Shown here piece after piece: positions 58,489-64,000 of a stretch of 64,000 bases of DNA. The stretch lies in contig FLMG01003777.1 in NCBI GenBank assembly GCA_900088475.1, forward strand, positions 1 through 64,000, in the 5' to 3' direction. Position 1 is the stretch's first letter, and each line of letters starts with the position of its first letter. The notes under the pieces were generated by a model. It saw nothing but the letters and a program-made list of their open reading frames with translations, had not been told where the DNA came from and made no database searches. The translations under genes were made by a program, and so were the position numbers. The DNA comes from Hyphochytrium catenoides (lineage: Eukaryota; Protista; Hyphochytriomycota).

Positions 58489-61400
58489 ATGAAGGGACAA
58501 GCTTTAAACAGCGCGAGAGGAAGGTATATAAAATTCAGCCATGCCATTCACCGCAATTAGATAAACCTGTGTAGCGCTGACTATCCAGCCACTTAGCAGG
58601 AAAGAGCAGTTGGAGTCAACTTTTGGTTATGTTCCTCTGTCTCCTAACGAGGTGACCATGCTCACAAAGACAGAGGAACTCAAAAGACGAAGGAAGAGGC
58701 TGGAAGACGTTCGGAGGCAAGAAAGAGCGTTCGCTGCGGTGGTCCGTCAGCGCTATAGAAATCGGATGTACCACACCAAGGCTCAGGTTCTTGAGAAGCT
58801 TAAAGTAAGTTGAGCCTCTCTTGCATAAAACCAAGGGCAAGCCTTGGAAGAGTGAAGTCGAGATTAGTCTATCGCGTCAGGTAACCAGAGCGCTGAAAAG
58901 TCAAACTGGAAGATCATGAAGCGGATAGAAGGCCACCTTGGGCGTGACTTGTGTTGGATGGCAGCCTTGTAGTTGTGGAGCTAGAGCGATTGAGCGACTG
59001 GCACCTTGTTGATCGTGAGCTCACGTTGTGTGCACTGCAGAGTGAATGGGAGGCAAAGAAGAATGCTAATATTGAAAACCTAAGCCAGTCCTACACCAAC
59101 GCGCTTGCGTCCCTTGGAAGTGCAAACCGCGGTGCTTCAGCTTTTACTGAAGAGGAGTTGATGCTAGCTGAGCGTCACGCGACGGTAAGATAAGAATCAG
59201 AGTTTAGAAGCTGCGGGCTGTCACGTCGAACGGCTTAGCTGCCCTTATACTGCCGTACCATGTAGCTAGGGCTACTTGTTATGCTTCCTGCTACTAGAAG
59301 TGTTTGACTCGCTGCGTGCGTTTCTGCTTTGTCCCTTATCCTCTGCGTGTAGTGGTGGCAGGAGAACTCTGCGGTGTCGAAGAAACGAAGCAACGTAGCT
59401 CTAGGACGCCAAAGAGAGGAGCTGCGAACAGTTCTTCAGCCTATCGAGACAATGAAAATGAGACAGAAATTTCGAGACAATGCAGCCGTAGAGGAGAGAA
59501 GCCGAGCTAGGTTGAGGCAGATGAAGAGAGACAGAGAGGAGGCTGAAGAAAAAAAGCGAAAGACCACTTTTCCTCCCGATTTCCACGATATCCTTCTGGA
59601 AGACGAATCCAATATCGACGTCATTGGACCCAAGGATGTGGATTTCTCGAAGACAAGAGTGAGACACAGCATCGTTTGCCACAGAAACAAAGCTCATAGA
59701 AGTGCAGAAGAAGCAGCCGAGGAACACAGGAAGAAAGTGAAGGAGGAGGAACGAAGCCTAAATGAGCGGAGAAAGGATTTGGAAGAGAGGTCAAACGTCA
59801 GGGGAGAGAATGCGATATCTCTTGTACTCGCAGACCGAGACAGAGTAAGATTAGGAGAAGACCTCTCCCGACTTGGTACTATGCACGACCAGATGAAGAC
59901 GTGGATGGGATCTAAGCATGCTACCTGGCAATCAATTGTGGGAAGAGAACGGCCGGACAGGGCAAGAAACAAACAGAAAGAGATGGAAGAACGTTTCGAG
60001 CGCCTTTTTATGACAGCCCCGACAGTGGACTATCCTAGTGTCACGGTCCACACAGACGGTCTAGAGGAAGAACCCCGGTCTCCTATTGCCTATGATGGAC
60101 AGGATGTGAAAAGGCTCTCTCCTCCCACTACTGTCTTGCCTCCCAGTAACTTCCTTAACAGGGACGAGGAAATGCAGTCTCCTTCTCCACCAGTCTCCAG
60201 TGGCGTCCCGCAACATCCAACGCCGGTCCGGGCGAAGGTAGACGGAGACATATGGCAGAAAGGGGATAGGCAGAGAGCTTCGGGATATCAGGAGGCTTCT
60301 ATGGACGCTCGGAGGAGAGCCCAGGCCGATTATTCTCGAGTAGAACGACCCGCAGGGAATGTAGCTCGATCTGACTTGCTAACAGAAGCTACTCCGGATT
60401 CAGTCCGTATCGTCTCCGGAATCCGGACAACTGGAGACAGCACCCGCGGATACCGCACGTCGCAAGCTACCACTGAAAGGAATTATTTTGATCATCGACG
60501 GCCCGTCGAGAGTTTAGCCCATGCGGCAAGAGAAAGCGGTGAGTCAGATGAAAGAGCAGAGCGAACTAGGTATCCGATCCAAGGATTGAACCTAGGGACC
60601 TTTCCATCAGTTCCAAGAGGATCCTCGGAGACTCTCTCCGCTCAAATTGAGGAACGTAAGGGAGAAGAAAGAGCGCAAAGCAGCCAGTTTGTTCAAGGGA
60701 GTCTGGAGCAAGAGAGTTTAGAGGAGTCACAGGACGAAAGTGAGGACCTGTCTGCTCACTCTCTCCTTGAAAGTGCCCGATCATCCTCAATACTCTCCGC
60801 TTCGCCTCTTAGCGAAGACCAAAGGGAAGTAGGTCCGGAAGTAGACAGCTTCCAGGTTTTGGGAAAGAATATGAGGGCAGCCATCCAAAATATGGAGACT
60901 CTGCTCAGGCGAGAGCCAGCTGCTGACATAGCCCATCGGCCAGCAGGTCTCAGACGGGATGGTACGGCGTCAGACAGACAGGAATTGGGGAAAAAAGAAC
61001 CAACATCGATTCCATCAGCACTTCCTGACACTCTTGATCTATCATTGCCTAAGGAAGTGACGGAAGCTGGAAATTTGCCTCACGAGACCTCAAGTGCAAG
61101 AGAAGTCTATGTAAAGTCCGAAAAGCAAGGAATGGAAAGGGAACTGCCAAGAGCAGGGTCTCCATTACCGTTTTACGCGGCCCCGGCTCCATCTCTAACT
61201 ACCGTGGCACAACCCCTAGAAAATACTCCAGAAAAGCGAAAGCAAGCGGGAGAAGAGCTTTTCGAAGAAGAGAAGCTGTACAAGCGTGACAATTTGGATG
61301 ACGAAAGATCGTTGCATCCTGAGTTCCACGACAAGGAGAAATCCACAGGTACTATTATACATGACCTTCAACACGTTGCACGTGTTTTAACCTTGGTCTG

Positions 61401-64000
61401 CACTTTGTCCGGCAGTTCATCTGCTTTCCCGTCATGCTGGGGTGGACGTTCCACCCATGGAAAGCTGGGTGGCAGACGAGGATTCAGATGTTAGCGATGA
61501 GAGTCCGCAAGGATCACTTGGGAGGGAGCAGGATTTCTTAACCGTCAGATCCCCTATCCGCAGATATAGACAGAGCCATCAGCACCTGGAAATACATATT
61601 CGTAAGCTTCAAGAGGACCTAAGAAACACGGCACTTGGCAGTGGAGAAGAATCCGAGCAAGGGGTAAATGATGCATTAGATGTCAGTCATATTCGTGCTG
61701 TCGAGACTGAAGAATCACCTGCTAAGAAAATTGCAGAGGAAGACGGCAAAAAACGTGGCGAGAAGAGACAGGATGGGGAGCCGATGGACATAGAGATTAG
61801 CAAATTCCAGGAAGAGCATCGGAAACTGCAGGAGCAAGTGCAGAAGCTCCGTATGGAAAGATTACAACTTCTATCCCTCCGCAGCTCGTCTTTGTTATCT
61901 TCCTCGTCTCTGTCGACGCCCGAGATAAGCAGACCAGAGAGTCCTGAGATGGATAAGCGCTCCGCACCACAAGTAGAGGGAGCTCCGTCTTTACCCAGAG
62001 CGGACGCTCTTCTCCAAGATCGTCGGGAAGAAAGCCCACCAATAGCTAGCAGGCCCACCCCTCAGCCACAAGCGCTGTATCAGGAGGCAAATGGCCAAGA
62101 AGCAGGGTTCTTTCCTTCTCTAGCAGAAAATATAAATCATAATCTTGACAGAGTCAAGGAGAGAAAAGCAGAGGGGGAGGAGGGAAGGGACTCATCTCCA
62201 AAAGAGGGATATAGTAGCCGGGCATCCCCGGCAGCAGTCCGTTCAGAATGGTACGGGGCCCGTTATGACTTCGGTGCTTTTGGCGGTAGTGTGTCATCTC
62301 TTCTACCCACTGAACCATCCCGGTCTGCCGGTGGGGCTCCTCAGCGTTCAACAGCCACGGCGAGTGACTTGAGCAGCCTTTCTCGCGGGAACGGAGGTAT
62401 CAGAGGCGTGACACCTCAGACTGAAGTCAGAGAAGATCTACCAAGCACTGTACTTCTTTCTGTACCAGTTAGCAGGCCGATGGGAGCTTCGGAAGAACGA
62501 CGCACACCTTTGGGCTCTCCTGAGGAACCTTCCAAGACTTTATCGGCGGAGAAAGATGGAAGTGTAGAGGAGAATACTAACACCATGATCGCCCACAGTC
62601 ATCAGAATGTAGAGCAAGCTGAAGAGCACCATGGTTCAGAAGGGCTCCCTCTCTCTCCTCTCTCTCAGATGATAGAGGAGGAACGGGTCTATGGCTTAGG
62701 TTTGGGAAAGGAAGAAGAAGAGTACCTCACGGCTTTACTCGGGGATGATGACTACCCTCTCTCTGTCGAGTCGCAGTTGCCTCTCTCTCCCTATCGTCTC
62801 GAAACAGAAGACGTGGGATCGTGGGAAGACCAATATTTGGACTCGTTATCTCATCGTCAAGACCTCAGAAGAGAGAGCGGCTTAATTGACCCAAACACCG
62901 TCCCGATTGCTTTGGGTAGGGATGGAAGGGTGCCTGGCAAAGCTGGCAAAGAGTCTACATACGACGAGGTCAAGATCGAGAGGTCCTTAGGGGTAGTTGC
63001 GGAAGAGAGGCAGGTAGGGTTCTCATCCTCCCCTACTGCGGAGGTTGAGGCGCAGTCGGTTACTCAAAGCAGATTTGCTTCAAGTGAGAGCAGAGGAAAT
63101 ACGGTGCCAAATGTGGAGCAGGTGCCAATTGAGGTCGAAAAGGCTAAGACAGCTAGGATTCCCAGTCTTCAGGGTTTGGGTACACCAACTCCAGTCGTGG
63201 ATGAAGAAGAAGAAGCGATACTTCCCTCCTACTTGCAGGGCATCGTCAGCAGTCAAGAGAGAGATTACTCGCAACCTTTACCTCCCTTTCCGCACCAGCA
63301 CTCTGTGGTACTGGAGAGTCAACAACTTCAGGAAAGAAGCGAGGTAGTACGGGTACAGAAAGATGAAGCTGGCCAGGAGACAAAGGACGTACGCAAGCAC
63401 CGTCGTGGAGCGGAGTCACCACCCGACCTTCCAACGGAAGCTAAAGACGCAACTGAGTCAAGAGAGCAGAACCATCCGGTGACATTTGCGAGGCGAGAGG
63501 ACAATCACGATGGATCGGAAGCCCACTGGCCCCAACCCGTCGAGAGGAAGGAAGAGGTGAAACAAGTGGACAACGCTCCCATTTTGGTGCCAGTAGAGCG
63601 ACGGTACCCAGTCAAAGCAGGACAGGAGGAACTCTCACTTACACTTGCCGAAGGAAAGAAGCAGGAAACGGATCAGGACATTGCCGAGGCGAGCCCAGAA
63701 CAGGAAACGAGATCTAAGTCAGACAGAGCAGATAGTCACAATTATCAGCGTATTTCCACTTTTTCTGAGGCTTATGACAGGCCCGAGGAAAAACAAGATG
63801 AAGGGAACGGCCTAATGGATAAAGCAACCAAGACTGATGAGAAACGCGAGACTTTCTCTCGCGCTTTAAATGACGATAAATCGAGACAATCGCCGGTCCT
63901 GGAACAAGAAGAGCGCAGCACGACAGTGCTTCCTACTGCGCTTGGCATAGAGAGCGTTTTACATCCGTCAGCCTTCTCAAGGCCTGACGAGGACAGAAGC
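58489..64000 (+). CDS. Large coiled-coil/disordered protein with CEP295/Ana1-like N-terminal domain; 3' end beyond the window
   Basis: Spliced N-terminus MKGQALNSARGR|KEQLESTFGYVPLSPNEVTMLTKTEELKRRRKRLEDVRRQERAFA..LK|SEWEAKKNANIENLSQSYTNALASLGSANRGA..AVEERSRA. Then the 706-codon ORF 59374-61494, an intron at ~61349-61415, and an apparently open frame to 64000. Confidence 0.75.

Noticed and set aside
13977-63434. Numerous antisense or overlapping short ORFs inside real genes (e.g. 41803-42360, 55244-55657, 61687-62058)
   Set aside because: Shadow ORFs of the coding strand with no independent motifs.
1-64000. Alternative genetic code or stop-codon readthrough to explain the fragmented ORFs
   Set aside because: Every interruption I examined in conserved genes is explained by GT-AG introns, and TAA, TAG and TGA all serve as normal stops.

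Overview
This is a gene-dense, intron-rich eukaryotic (protist) nuclear window with GT-AG introns of roughly 60-400 bp and (GA)n tracts. The gene content is most compatible with a flagellated SAR-lineage organism such as a stramenopile, but that assignment is inference. I assembled the genes by hand from ORF fragments and splice sites. In order they are: mitochondrial-type LpxA (+); a peroxisomal carnitine acyltransferase ending in SRL (-); PGS1 (-); an intronless Pho88/SND3-ankyrin fusion (+); an intronless type-I membrane protein with a duplicated Cys-rich ectodomain (-); a SLC35B1-like transporter (+); an ER FKBP (-); NAD kinase (+); an ARF-family GTPase (+); an ankyrin-2OG/Fe(II) oxygenase (-); an intronless bacterial-type tandem cupin with SH3-like C-terminus (-); a low-complexity orphan (+); a ~12 kb P4-ATPase-guanylate cyclase fusion with intact flippase motifs and swapped C1/C2 cyclase halves (+); exosome subunit Rrp45 (-); and a CEP295/Ana1-like giant protein running off the window end (+). 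Two intergenic zones (~17.2-19.2 kb and ~22.4-24.4 kb) hold what look like frameshifted ARM-repeat relics. I recognised no rRNA, tRNA, CRISPR array or intact transposon. Exon boundaries are manual predictions without RNA evidence, and family assignments come from recalled motifs, not database searches.
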